In this document: in pieces, positions 12,609 through 24,395 of the stretch
How the letters are laid out: each line of letters opens with the position of its first letter
How positions within the stretch are numbered: the stretch's first letter is position 1
Assembly (NCBI GenBank): GCA_001600695.1
Contig: BCKQ01000007.1
Coordinates: 316,713-380,712 of the forward strand
DNA length: 64,000 nucleotides
Direction of reading: 5' to 3'
Source: Ascoidea asiatica JCM 7603
Taxonomy: Eukaryota > Fungi > Ascomycota
Made by a program: the position numbers and the translations under genes
The notes under the pieces: model-generated
Database searches by the model: none
The model's input: the letters and a program-made list of their open reading frames with translations, nothing else
What the model was told of the DNA's origin: nothing

Positions 12609-15600
12609 ATGAAACAAAGAGTAACAGCTTTAGATTTAAAGATCTTAGCAAAAGAAATTTCTCCAGAAATTGTTTCTTATAGATTACAAAATATATATTC
12701 AATTGAAAATTCAAAATCTTTTATATTAAAATTCTCAAAACCAGATTCCAAAAAATTATTATTTATTGATTCAGGTTCAAAAATATTTTTAACAAAATTT
12801 GAAAGAAATATTGCTTCTGAACCAAATAATTTTATAATTAAATTAAGAAAACATCTAAAATCAAAAAGATTAACTAATTTCAATCAATTATTAAATGATA
12901 GAATTTTAATTTTAGAATTTTCTGATGGTTTATATTATTTAATTTTTGAATTTTTTTCAGCAGGTAATATAATTCTATTAAATAGTGATAAAAAAATTAT
13001 ATCTTTATTAAGATCAGTTAAATTAAAAAATTATTCCGTAAATGAATTTTATCAACCTTTGATAAACCATGATTTAAAAAATAATATAGATTCAATAAAA
13101 TTTAATTACTTAGATAAAATTATTCATAAAAAAGATGAAATTTTAAATTTATTAAAATCCGAAGAGAAAAATTCAATTATTAAAAAAAATTCAATTGAAT
13201 TTCAAAAATTATCTGAAAAGGAAAAGAAAAAATCTCAAATTTCAATTCATAAATTATTTTTTAATAAATTTCCATATCTTTCCTCTGATTTATTCTTAAA
13301 AAATTTTCAAAAATTCGATCCTGATTTTAAATCAAATATTTCTTTTTTAAATTATTTATCAAATGATGATTTAAATCTTTTAGATTCAAAATTAAATAAT
13401 CTTTTAAATGTTCTAAATAATTCCGAAGATGAGTTTTTTAATTTAATTTCATCAAATAAAATTGACTCATATATTGTAATGAAAAATAATCCTCTATATG
13501 AGATTCCAGAAAAAAAACAAGAACCAGAAAAGGATGAAGATGAAGATAAAGATCAAAGTAAAGAAACAGATGAAGATGAAATTGATATTACAAATCCAAA
13601 ATTTATTTACGAAACTTTTCATCCATTTTTACCAGTTTTAAAAAATGATAAAGATTATAAATTAAAAAAATTCATCAATTATAATTCATGTATTGATGAA
13701 TTTTTCTCAAAAAGTAAATTAATTAGAAATAATATTATAATTCAAAATCAAAAAGAAAATTTAAATAAAAAATTAAAATCAATAGAAAATGATAATTTAA
13801 GTAAAATTGTTCAATTAGATGAAAAAGCTTTATTAAATAAATTAAAAGCTGATACAATTATTTTTAATTCAAATATTGTTACTAATTGTATAATAATTAT
13901 TAATCAATTTTTAAAACAATCAATGGATTGGGAAAATCTTTCAAAATTAGTTGAATTAGAGAAAAAAAATAAAAATTCAATTGCAATTTATATTCATTCT
14001 TTAAATTTAAAAGAAAATAAAATTAATTTAATCTTACCAAATGTTGAATATAATAATGACAAAGATAATAAATCATCTGATTTAGAATCTGATTCTGAAT
14101 CTAATTCTAATTCTGATTCACATTCTGATTTAGAGTCTGACTTTGAAAATGATTCAGATTCCGATGATGAATCAAATAAAAAGAGCAAAAACAATAATAA
14201 TAAAAGTATAAATGAAAATAAACATTCTAAAATTAAAGATTTAATAATTTCAATTGATTTATCACTTTCATCATTTGCAAATGCAACAAATTATTATTCA
14301 ACAAAAAAATCATTAACAGAGAAAAAAGATAAAACGAGTAAAATATCTTCACTTGCACTTAAAAATGCATCAAAAAAAATTGATTCATCATTAAGAAAAA
14401 AAGTTGAATTAAATGAAAAATCATTATTAATAAGAAAAATTAGATCAAAATTTTGGTTTGAGAAATTTTTTTTCTTTTTCACAAGTGATAATTGTTTATG
14501 TATTGCAGGTAAAGATATTAATCAAATTGATATGATTTATTATAAATATTTTAATTCAAATACAGATTATTTTGTTAATTCCGATTTAGATAATTCTTTA
14601 AAAGTTTTTATTAAAAATCCATATAAAAATTGTGAAATATCTCCAACATCATTATATCAAGCTGGTCAATTTTCTGTAAGTACATCAAAAGCTTGGGATA
14701 ATAAAATGAGTGTATCTGCATGGTGGTGTAAAGGTAAAGATATAAGTAAAAGAGATTTTGATGGTAGTTTAGTTAATCCTGGAATGATAATTGTTAAAGA
14801 TGATAAAAAAAATTTCATGCCACCAACTGGTAAATTTGATATGGGATTTGGATTTTTATGGGTCATTGAAGATTCTAGTTCAAAAAAAATTCGATTAAAA
14901 AGAGAAGAAGAATCTGGATTAAAATTAACTGATAAAATCTCGGATATTGATATAAAAGAATATCCAAATAATGATGAAGATACAATAAAAGGAAATGAAC
15001 AAAAAGTGAATGAAATTCATAATGAAAATTCAACTTCTAATGGTAATGGTATAGAAAATACCAATGGAAATAGTAATAATAGCAATATTAACAATACCAA
15101 TAGTCGTATGAATTTTAATATGATTAATCAAACGAAATCTAAAGTTAAACAAAAACAAAAACAAGTAAGAGGTAAAAAAAATAAAATGAAAAAACTTAAG
15201 TATGCAGATCAAGATGAAGAAGAAAGGAGATTAAAATTACAAGCACTTGGTGTTTTAAAACAAGTTGAAGAAAATAAAAAAAAAGATGATGATGATGAAA
15301 AAGTAATTGAAAATGAAATTGATATTAAAAATAAACTAAAAGAGGAAAAGAAAAGAATTCATGAAGAAAATTTAATGAAAAAATATATGAAAGTGACTCC
15401 AAAAGAAAATCAAAAAGAAAACACTGAAGAAAAAGAGGAAAGCATTGAAGAAATGGAAAATGATAATGAATTGGATGATAATGAGTTAGATGGAGAAGAA
15501 GATTTAGAAAAGATTAATAAAGCTATAAATCATTTAGAAATCCTTGATAATCTTTTACCAAAAGTTAATTTATCATCAGATAAAATTATTGATTGTATTG

Positions 15601-16010
15601 CAATTTTTGCTCCGTGGAATGCATTAAACAAATATAAATATAAAGTTAAAATTATTCAAGGTAATAATAAAGTTGGAAAAACAGTAAATGAAATAATTCA
15701 TCAATTTTTAAGTAGGAAAGTAAATAAAATTCAAAATTTAAATAAGAATGAAAATGAAAATGATAATGGACTTATAAATAAAACGGAGAATGGAGAAGAG
15801 AAACTTGCTAGTGAAAATGATGAAAGTAAGATAAATAAAACTGATGATAGTAATAATGAATTGGATTTTGATTTAGATTTTATTAAAGAACATGAAATTT
15901 TGAAATCATTAAAGCAAAATGACTTAATTTCAGTAATTACAGTGAAGAAACTAAAAGCAGCTGGTGGGAATAACGATAAAAAGTTTAAGAAAAAGGGATC
16001 TAGAAGATAG
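12609..16010 (+). CDS. RQC2: Ribosome quality control subunit Rqc2/Tae2 (NEMF)
   Basis: MKQRVTALDL, KLRKHLKSKRL, DRILILEF, EFFSAGNIIL, FWFEKFFFF, VRGKKNKMKKLKYADQDEEER and APWNALNKYKYKVK. The D9 and D98/R99-equivalent residues are present. Confidence 0.95.
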   Translation: MKQRVTALDLKILAKEISPEIVSYRLQNIYSIENSKSFILKFSKPDSKKLLFIDSGSKIFLTKFERNIASEPNNFIIKLRKHLKSKRLTNFNQLLNDRILILEFSDGLYYLIFEFFSAGNIILLNSDKKIISLLRSVKLKNYSVNEFYQPLINHDLKNNIDSIKFNYLDKIIHKKDEILNLLKSEEKNSIIKKNSIEFQKLSEKEKKKSQISIHKLFFNKFPYLSSDLFLKNFQKFDPDFKSNISFLNYLSNDDLNLLDSKLNNLLNVLNNSEDEFFNLISSNKIDSYIVMKNNPLYEIPEKKQEPEKDEDEDKDQSKETDEDEIDITNPKFIYETFHPFLPVLKNDKDYKLKKFINYNSCIDEFFSKSKLIRNNIIIQNQKENLNKKLKSIENDNLSKIVQLDEKALLNKLKADTIIFNSNIVTNCIIIINQFLKQSMDWENLSKLVELEKKNKNSIAIYIHSLNLKENKINLILPNVEYNNDKDNKSSDLESDSESNSNSDSHSDLESDFENDSDSDDESNKKSKNNNNKSINENKHSKIKDLIISIDLSLSSFANATNYYSTKKSLTEKKDKTSKISSLALKNASKKIDSSLRKKVELNEKSLLIRKIRSKFWFEKFFFFFTSDNCLCIAGKDINQIDMIYYKYFNSNTDYFVNSDLDNSLKVFIKNPYKNCEISPTSLYQAGQFSVSTSKAWDNKMSVSAWWCKGKDISKRDFDGSLVNPGMIIVKDDKKNFMPPTGKFDMGFGFLWVIEDSSSKKIRLKREEESGLKLTDKISDIDIKEYPNNDEDTIKGNEQKVNEIHNENSTSNGNGIENTNGNSNNSNINNTNSRMNFNMINQTKSKVKQKQKQVRGKKNKMKKLKYADQDEEERRLKLQALGVLKQVEENKKKDDDDEKVIENEIDIKNKLKEEKKRIHEENLMKKYMKVTPKENQKENTEEKEESIEEMENDNELDDNELDGEEDLEKINKAINHLEILDNLLPKVNLSSDKIIDCIAIFAPWNALNKYKYKVKIIQGNNKVGKTVNEIIHQFLSRKVNKIQNLNKNENENDNGLINKTENGEEKLASENDESKINKTDDSNNELDFDLDFIKEHEILKSLKQNDLISVITVKKLKAAGGNNDKKFKKKGSRR

Positions 16011-16473
16011 AATTTAATTTTAGACAGTTTATATAATCATTTAATTGATAACTTTTGTACCAAAAGCACCAAAACCACCAAAAACATCAAAATCACCGAA
16101 AAGAAACGAAAAAAATTCCGAGTACGGATTGTGCTTTTCTAAATATCCTGAGCACGGATAAATGGTTTCCTGCATCAGCCTTTGAAATCCAAAACGGGAA
16201 ATAATTTAAAAAGGCTAGTGAATGGCTAGTATCCGTTTAATGGTTTGTAACATCCGTACCTTTCCAGATGCGGAAAAAGCTGACTTTGGTCGCAGCACGC
16301 GCAGAGTCTGAAGTTTCTGAACCCACACCAAAATAGCAAGAAGCAGGAGCAGTAACTTAATAAGCACTTAACTAGCACTGAGCCAAAACGCATCAAACAT
16401 AAAACATCAAAGACCTAAGAGCAAATAAATATTTATATATTTGATAAGTAATAAGAGATATAAGAAATAAAGG

Positions 16474-16529
16474 TATAAGATATAAGATATAAGATATAAG
16501 ATATAAGATATAAGATATAAGATATAAGA
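16474..16529 (+). repeat. (TATAAGA)x8 tandem heptamer
   Basis: Eight perfect copies counted in the RQC2-CDC4 intergenic region. Confidence 0.9.
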
Positions 16530-17038
16530 AACAGGATACAAGCTATATGATAATATATATCATCTCTTTTAGCTCCTACCTAATTCTTTGTTTAGTACTT
16601 TTGGCTTCCAAAGAAATATTCAAAACAATATTATTTATTTTCAATAAAAGTCATATTCTTGTATTTTGATCTCTTTGTCTTTTCAAACTTCATTCCAATA
16701 ATCCAATATATTCAAAAACTTAACTACTTAAGACTAACTAAAAAGAAATCATTTTCAAAATATCTACATTATTTCGTTTTCTTTATCCTAGGAATCGTTA
16801 ACTCTATTCATATTTGTTGATTTTTGAAATTGATATTTAATTATTTACTTTAAGTTTCATTCACTATTTTACACAAACTAAATACCCTTCAATAATAATT
16901 CATTAAACTATCACAAATATTAATCATCTTTATATTTATTTGGTTTAAAACTAGTCATTTTCATCTATTCATCTTCCTTTCTTTGATATCTTCATCATAA
17001 AGATCTAAAAAAACTTCTCTCATTCAAATATAAACAAA

Positions 17039-20000
17039 ATGTCAAATTCAAATGATAACTCAAATGATAACTCAAATGATAACTCAAATGACATTTCAAA
17101 AGATATTTCATCCGATGATTTAAAGGATATAATGACTAATTACAAACCAAATGAATTTCCTTTATTAGAAGTTAATCCTCCATATATATTCTCAAACTCA
17201 ATTTCTAATTCAAATTCAAATTCTAATATAAATTCAAATTCAAATTCCCCTGTTTTAAATTCAAATTCCCCTGTTTTAAATTCAAATTCTTCAAATTCTA
17301 CAACTTCAAATACAAACTCCTCAAATACAATATTAATCTCAACTTTACAAAATTTTAAACTTGAAAATAATTTAAATAAAAAATATTCAAAACTGTCTTT
17401 AGTTTCTTCAAAAAATGATAATAACAATACTAATAACAATAGTTCCACTACTACAAATTTTTCAAATGATATTGAGATGTTATCTGATAATCAACCAAGT
17501 TCTGCTGATTCCAATATTAGTATTCCTTCTTTACCTTCATTAAATTCTTTAATTTCTGATAATAGCTATAGTAATATTGTAAATCGTAATAATACTAACC
17601 GTATGATAAATCATTCAAGATTAGTTAGAAAAAGAAATTTAGATTATATGTCTTTGAATAATAATAATAATAACAATAATAGCATTATCAATGATAATCA
17701 TGATAATCATTTTGATAACTCCATGAATACCAGCGTTAATAATCATTTTAATAATTTTAAATCAATTGGCGGTTATTTAAATTATCCTTCCAATAATATA
17801 AGCAATATTAATAATATTGGATCAAATGAGAGTATAAATACTAACAGTATTAATGAAGATAATAATCTTGATTATTTCTTCTCTTCAAACTCAAATTCAA
17901 ATTCAAATTCTCGTTTAAAAAGAAGATTAATTCTGGATCATGTATCAAATAAATGTAAATTCATTAATCAAATCAAATCTTCAAATGATAATAATATTAA
18001 TACTATTAATAATTCAAATAATATTCAAATTAGATTTCCAAATATTGTAAAAGATAAAATTATTTCAAATCCAATCTTAAATCAAATAGCTCCTTTAGAT
18101 AATCAATTAAGTTCTTCAATTGAAAAAAATAACAATAATAGTACTTCTAATCCTTCTATTATAACTACCACAAATACTCTCAATGTTTCCAATAATGCAA
18201 GTAACATCATTACTAATAATTCTAATGAAAATGATATAAATTCTTCAAATGATGATAATGAAATTTATAATCAATTACCTTTGCCTTCTCCAACTGCTTC
18301 TCCAATTCAATCCACAACTGAAGATGAAGATGAAAATCCAAATTCGAATATATTATTTAATCGTAGATCAATAATTAAAAATCAAGGTAGATCTCAACAA
18401 CCTTCTCATTATTCCTTAAATAATTCAACTAAAAATAATAATAATAATAATTACAGCCATAATAATAATAATAATAATAATAATCATAATAGTAACTTTA
18501 TTCAAAGTGATGAAAGTTTATTATTTTCTTCCTTATTGAAAAAAATCTCCCATAATAAAAATTCAAATGAAATAACGTATTATATTAATCATTTATATTC
18601 TTTATTGTCTGAAAATCAAAAAAATCAACTAATTTACTCCAATTTACAAAATATTAATCGGTCTTCGTTATCTTGTTTATGTAATTTATTAAAAGATAAT
18701 TTAAAAATTGATATAATTTCAAATTTTCCAAATGAAATAAGTTCTAAAATTTTAGGACTTTTAGATCATAAAAGTTTAACTATATGTCAGTTTGTTTGTA
18801 AAAAATGGTGTATGATAGTTAATAATAACGAAGAAATTTGGAAAAATTTATTATTAAATGATAAATTAATTACAAATTTAAATGAAATTCAAAAAGATTT
18901 AAATGGTAAAAAAGAATTATTAGATAAATGGTATTCAATAAATTTTGATGCAATTTATAATAATTATAAATTAAATCCAACTGATTTAGATATCAAATTA
19001 AAATTTGAAATGTTCAAACCAAATTATTATAAATTAGTTTATAAAAAAAGAAAATATATTAATTCAAACTGGTTAAATCCAAACTATAAACCACAAAGAA
19101 TTTCTGTTCAAGGAAATGATAATAATGTTGTTACTTGTTTACAATTTGATGATGATAAAATTATAACTGGTGCTGATGATAAATTAATTCAAATTTATGA
19201 TACTAAAACTGGTGCTTTAAGAAAAACCCTAAAAGGTCATGATGGTGGAGTTTGGGCTTTACAATATATTGGAAATACTTTAGTAAGTGGTTCAACTGAT
19301 AGATCAATAAGAGTTTGGGATATTGACAAAGGTATCTGTACTCATATTTTAAAAGGTCATACTTCAACTGTTAGATGTCTTAATATTATGATACCTACAA
19401 AAGATGGATTAGATGATAGGCGTGAGGATGTTATATTCCCTCCTACATTTTTACTTGTCACTGGTTCTAGGGATTGCCATTTGAATTTATGGGAATTACC
19501 TTTAGCTGAAGAACCTTCAACTTCTGAAAAGGAAAATATGGAAGAATCTTATCAACCTGAATTAATAAAAACAGAAGAATCGGATATCGTTGTAAAAATT
19601 GAAGATGAAGATTCTGCTATGAATATTGCAGAAGATGAAGAAGTTGCCCAAGAACCTGAAGAATGGTTAGGACAACCTGAAGAAATCATTAAAACTAGCA
19701 AACATTTCTTTGCAACTTTACAAGGACATGAAAGTTCAGTTAGATGTTTAGCTTCCTATGGTAGAACAATAGTTTCAGGATCATATGATAAAACTGTTAG
19801 AGTATGGGATGCTTCGGCTTTAGTATGTAAACATGTTCTCAGAGGTCATCTGGATAGAGTATATTCTGTGGTCATAGATCATAAAAGAAATAGATGTTTA
19901 TCTGGTTCAATGGATTCTACTGTAAGAGTTTGGGATTTGGAAACAGGTGCTTGTCTAAAAACATTATATGGGCATAATGCCTTGGTGGGTTTATTGAATC

Positions 20001-20323
20001 TTTCTAATGATTTCCTTATCAGTGCAGCAGCCGATGCAACAATGAGAGTTTGGTCTCCAGATAATTACAAATTGAAATGTATTTTAGAAAAGCATGAAGC
20101 TGCAATTACTTGCTTCCAAAGTGATGATACAAGAGTTGTTTCTGGATCAAACAACCTCATAATGTGGAATGCAATAACTGGAGAAAAAGTTAGAGAATTA
20201 TTGGATGATACAAGTGGCGTATGGCAGATTAGATTTGATTATAAAACATGTATTGCTGCTGTTCAAAGAACAGTTGGGGATACAGATAAAACTTTTGTCG
20301 AGATTTTTCGGTTTGATAAATGA
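17039..20323 (+). CDS. CDC4: SCF F-box/WD40 substrate adaptor Cdc4
   Basis: LPSPTASP motif, F-box DIISNFPNEISSKIL, and WD40 repeats VVTCLQFDDDKIITGADD, GHDGGVWAL, GHTSTVRCL. Long Asn-rich N-terminus. Confidence 0.95.
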   Translation: MSNSNDNSNDNSNDNSNDISKDISSDDLKDIMTNYKPNEFPLLEVNPPYIFSNSISNSNSNSNINSNSNSPVLNSNSPVLNSNSSNSTTSNTNSSNTILISTLQNFKLENNLNKKYSKLSLVSSKNDNNNTNNNSSTTTNFSNDIEMLSDNQPSSADSNISIPSLPSLNSLISDNSYSNIVNRNNTNRMINHSRLVRKRNLDYMSLNNNNNNNNSIINDNHDNHFDNSMNTSVNNHFNNFKSIGGYLNYPSNNISNINNIGSNESINTNSINEDNNLDYFFSSNSNSNSNSRLKRRLILDHVSNKCKFINQIKSSNDNNINTINNSNNIQIRFPNIVKDKIISNPILNQIAPLDNQLSSSIEKNNNNSTSNPSIITTTNTLNVSNNASNIITNNSNENDINSSNDDNEIYNQLPLPSPTASPIQSTTEDEDENPNSNILFNRRSIIKNQGRSQQPSHYSLNNSTKNNNNNNYSHNNNNNNNNHNSNFIQSDESLLFSSLLKKISHNKNSNEITYYINHLYSLLSENQKNQLIYSNLQNINRSSLSCLCNLLKDNLKIDIISNFPNEISSKILGLLDHKSLTICQFVCKKWCMIVNNNEEIWKNLLLNDKLITNLNEIQKDLNGKKELLDKWYSINFDAIYNNYKLNPTDLDIKLKFEMFKPNYYKLVYKKRKYINSNWLNPNYKPQRISVQGNDNNVVTCLQFDDDKIITGADDKLIQIYDTKTGALRKTLKGHDGGVWALQYIGNTLVSGSTDRSIRVWDIDKGICTHILKGHTSTVRCLNIMIPTKDGLDDRREDVIFPPTFLLVTGSRDCHLNLWELPLAEEPSTSEKENMEESYQPELIKTEESDIVVKIEDEDSAMNIAEDEEVAQEPEEWLGQPEEIIKTSKHFFATLQGHESSVRCLASYGRTIVSGSYDKTVRVWDASALVCKHVLRGHLDRVYSVVIDHKRNRCLSGSMDSTVRVWDLETGACLKTLYGHNALVGLLNLSNDFLISAAADATMRVWSPDNYKLKCILEKHEAAITCFQSDDTRVVSGSNNLIMWNAITGEKVRELLDDTSGVWQIRFDYKTCIAAVQRTVGDTDKTFVEIFRFDK

Positions 20324-20687
20324 ATATTAAATAAAATAAATTATATTGTATATTTTTTTTTTTCAATTCTTATTCTTCAATTCTTATTTTTATTTTCAAA
20401 TATAACCAAAAAGCTTTTGAGCAAATTAGCTAATGATTTTCTTTATCATTCATTCTTATATATAATATAGTTTTCACTCTATTCATTCAGTTTTATTCAA
20501 TAATTTATAGTCAATTTTTAATGTATAAAATCAAAAATAGGTTTATTTAATTCAATTTTGTTAAAATATAAGTTTTTTTTTCATTGGAACTAATTTTTTG
20601 TATGAAATGAGCAAAGAAAAGTTCTAAATTTTGAGCGCAATTAAGAAACACTGATAATTTCATTGATACTTAAAATCAAATGTTTAG

Positions 20688-22229
20688 TTAGGTCTTTGTC
20701 TTATATTTGAAAGCTCTGAAGTAAGTTAAACCTCTAAGATAACCTAAAAGAATATTTGAAATGAAAATCCAAATAATAAAAGTTAACAAACCAATCAGCA
20801 AAGCTTTAAACCCCAAAGGATCAATCAATGAATTAACAATACTACCTAAAGTTTCAGCACCGATGCTAGAAGAATAATAAAGAGAATTGATATCTTTGTT
20901 TATACATTTGGACCATTTTAGACAATCTTCTTCCATAGCTGGAACAATAAGACTAGGGTCACAATTATTTTCAATATAATTTCTTTGACATATTGAAGCT
21001 TTTAAAATCAAATCATCTAATTTATCTTGCAATTTAAAAGAAATTTCGTCTTTTATTGTTGAATAAAATTTAACTATTAAATAAATAATAACTGAACTAG
21101 TTAAGATATTTACAAATAGCTGTAAATATGATGATAAAATATATGGTAAAAATCTTTTTTGATCCAAATTATATTCTGGTTTAGTATTACACAGGCCATC
21201 ATTATTTGAAAAATTATTATTGATATTGCTTGTAAATTCATTTTCAAATTGATTTATACGAAAAGGAGAATTATTTGGAGTTGATTGAATTAAAGAAGGG
21301 GAAGAATTATAATAATAGTGATTGTGAACAAGAACAGTTGGAGAATTTAGTATAGAATTATTTGCAAAAGTAGAATTTGAATCTGAATCTAAATTTAAAC
21401 TTAAATTTAAATTTGATTCATTGTTTGAATCAATAATTGAATTATCATTTTTTGAAATTGATTTCAAATTTAAATCATCTATTCTTTTTTGTATTACTGA
21501 TTTTAATTCTTGTTTTTCCGGTGAATTAAATAAAGTATTTGTTTTTGCAGCTAATTTCATACCTAATAAAGTTGGAGTAAATAAAGTTTTTGTTGTATTA
21601 ATAATTGAAGATAATGTTGAATTATTGATTGAATTATCAAAAGAATTATTTATTGATTTATCTATTGAGTTATCTAATATTTTATGGGAAAATTTATTAC
21701 TTATATCTTTAATAGATTGATCAACTGGAATTTTTAAGAATTTATTCGAGGTTTCACTAATATCTTTATTTTTTAATAATGAATCTTTTTTCTTTTCCAA
21801 TATTTCTATTGAATTCGAATCTTTTATTGGCTTTTCCAGAGGTATATGTATTGAATCTTCTAGTTCAATCTCATTTAACAGATTGGAGGTTCCAAGTAAA
21901 TTGACGTTCAGGTTGTTGGAAGAAAAACTTCCATTTTCTTTTCCATTTTCATTTTCATTTTCTTTTTTATTTATATTCTCTTCTGCAGTATTGTTGATAA
22001 TATTTTCAGACTCAAGAGAAATTGTGCTATGAGATTCATTGATGATATTATCACTTGAAGTGTTTTTATTTCTTAATATATTACTATACTCATTATGAAG
22101 GGAAGAAAGAAACTCATTAGAAGAATTATCATCATCATCATTATTACTGTTTTTATTATCTTTTTCTATTGAAATTTTAGTTAAATTTATCAAATCATCA
22201 GAAGAATTTGTATTTGATGATAAATCCAT
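20688..22229 (-). CDS. BRL1: Brl1/Brr6-family nuclear envelope protein
   Basis: LPYILSSYLQLFVN transmembrane segment, four-Cys luminal motif CQRNYIENNC..PAMEEDCLKWSKC, then a second transmembrane segment. BRL1 versus BRR6 is judged only from the long N-terminus. Confidence 0.82.
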   Translation of the reverse strand: MDLSSNTNSSDDLINLTKISIEKDNKNSNNDDDDNSSNEFLSSLHNEYSNILRNKNTSSDNIINESHSTISLESENIINNTAEENINKKENENENGKENGSFSSNNLNVNLLGTSNLLNEIELEDSIHIPLEKPIKDSNSIEILEKKKDSLLKNKDISETSNKFLKIPVDQSIKDISNKFSHKILDNSIDKSINNSFDNSINNSTLSSIINTTKTLFTPTLLGMKLAAKTNTLFNSPEKQELKSVIQKRIDDLNLKSISKNDNSIIDSNNESNLNLSLNLDSDSNSTFANNSILNSPTVLVHNHYYYNSSPSLIQSTPNNSPFRINQFENEFTSNINNNFSNNDGLCNTKPEYNLDQKRFLPYILSSYLQLFVNILTSSVIIYLIVKFYSTIKDEISFKLQDKLDDLILKASICQRNYIENNCDPSLIVPAMEEDCLKWSKCINKDINSLYYSSSIGAETLGSIVNSLIDPLGFKALLIGLLTFIIWIFISNILLGYLRGLTYFRAFKYKTKT

Positions 22230-22407
22230 CTTTCAATTGATAATAAAATTATAAAATAGGTTCGAATTTGGTTATTTTTAATCGAAAAAACTGAGTGATT
22301 GAATGAATCTCAAAATTAATCAAGAATAGAATTTAAAAAGTATTGTATTTATTTATTTCGACTACTCAACAAAAATGTAAACAAAGCTAACTTTTAATTT
22401 AGATTCC

Positions 22408-22415
22408 AGTCACGT
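22408..22415 (+). promoter_or_regulatory. Cbf1/CDEI-type site GTCACGTG
   Basis: Exact RTCACRTG match upstream of BRL1. A second copy lies on the minus strand at 23849-23856. Confidence 0.5.
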
Positions 22416-24005
22416 GTTTGTTCTATTTTTTTTTTTTTTTCATCGAAAAACTTTAATTTTAATTTCACAAGAACCTTTCAAATGTGCAAAAAAAGAAGAA
22501 TAATTTATTAATGATTTCTGATTTTAATTGGAAGTAGGTTGAAGCTGTTATCATAAAAAACGTACTCTCATCATTGAAAGAAGAAAGAAAATGGAAATCT
22601 AAATAATAATAATAATAATAAGGCATCTGTTTCTAATTGGTGTAATAAATATTTATTTATTAATTATTATTTCTTATTTATTTAACTATTTCTTATTTCA
22701 CCCAAAAAAATATTAAAAAAGCAGGGATAATAAAAGAATTGAATGTCTTTCCATTTTTTTTCTATTTAATACTCTTGATTCAATATTTGGTTACCGAAAT
22801 TCTCCTCAATAGTGTTTAAGTGCATAGTCTCCAGTGAAGAAGAAAAACATATTATCAAATAAAATATATATCAGTGAAATCAATAAGAACTATTATTGAG
22901 GTAAATATAATTATGGCAGTCAAAACAATAAATAAACATTCTTTACTTTCTTATGGTCGAAAGTAAGTTTAATCACAGCCCCCCTCTGATGGGCGAATAC
23001 TATCATGGTACTACAGTATAATTGTAGAAGTTACTCAATTATGGCTCGGTACATCAGTTTCATTTTAAAATAGATATGCTTATTTTTTTGTGGTTTTTTT
23101 TCATGTAATTTATATTTTAAAAATCAGTATTACATACTCTAAAACGCAATTTTTTATAATTTATTTCATCATTTCGAACTTCAAATACAACGGTTTGATT
23201 GTTATACAAAATACCAAGTTTCATTAGAACTTTTATTGAAATAATGTATGTAATAATATTTTTTTTGTTCAGGTCCAAGAGATATGAATTGAATGAAAAT
23301 TTAAGTATATTATGCATTTAAACTAATTGTTTTGATACTAAATTTTGTAGCGAAACATATTAAAAGTATTTCCTCAAAGATATTCGATAAGAAATCATTT
23401 TGAACCAAAAAAAAACCATTCTTAATTCAAAAAGATTTCTAGTTAAATTTGAATTTTTTAGGTTCTGGGATGCAATCTAAACAGGGATTCATACAGAAGC
23501 TACAAAAATACAAAACTCTAAATAGTAAACCCAAAACTCAAAACTATGAACACCACACCTTAAAAAGCAGCCAAGCAAAAATCCCATTTCTACTTAATTT
23601 ATCCACGGGGTCTTTTTCAAATTTCTAATCTTAAGCTAATCAAAGCCAGTTTTGATTGGATTGAATTTCTGGGCCGGTTTAAAGATGCCCATAAAAAACC
23701 AAAAATTAATAAATGGGCCCAATTTAGTTTTGTAACTGTTAAAATTGTTTTCATTTATTTTACTTTTTCTTTTTATGCTTTTTCAGGCAATTATTATTTC
23801 TTTATTTTTATTTCTTTTAAGTTTAATTCAAATATATTTCAACTATTACACGTGACTTAGTTTTTTTTATATTGAATGTTGGTTGTTCAATGTATGTGTT
23901 GTCAGTTGTTGTTGCTCGTTGTCAAAAATATTTGAGTTAACCTTTTTCTTAATTTATTTTCTTTTCCTTCAGTCACTAATATTACTAAAATTACTTCAAT
24001 TAAAA

Positions 24006-24395
24006 ATGGATCCCCCACCAACTTATTTTCAAGCAACAAATGTTGAATTTGCCTTTACTCCCTTACTGGTTGGTAGCCAATTGGAAGAATCAATTAAAAA
24101 AAAAGCATTAATTCCAAAACGTTGGGTAAAAAATAAAGATAATTTACCAGTTCAAATGAAAAAGAAATTAGATAATCTCCTTTTAAAATGCTGTGAAGAA
24201 CCATATTTGTATCAAAAAAATGACTCAACATAAGTGAAATTGATTACCATACTATTAAGGAATAATCCAATTGGTTTATCCTTTAAAAATTCGGCTTGGC
24301 TGTTAGAAAGTTATAATGTTAATTATAGCTCTGAATATTTACGCCGTTACTACAAAGGTACTAAAAATAAAAAGTGCAAAATTAGGACTAATTGA
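24006..24395 (+). pseudogene. Small interrupted ORF with a C-terminal helix-turn-helix-like segment (possible transposase DNA-binding relic)
   Basis: ATG in AAAAATG context at 24006 and in-frame TAA at 24231-24233. The frame stays open to TGA 24393-24395, reading VKLITILLRNNPIGLSFKNSAWLLESYNVNYSSEYLRRYYKG. Confidence 0.4.

Noticed and set aside
16474-16529. CRISPR-like or other spacer-containing array
   Set aside because: A simple tandem heptamer without spacers in a eukaryotic genome; no repeat-spacer arrays were seen in the window.
22408-22530. Point centromere starting at the CDEI-like GTCACGTG
   Set aside because: No CDEIII-like CCG motif (TGTTT.TG.TTTCCGAAA) follows the AT-rich stretch. 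It is more simply a Cbf1-type promoter site.
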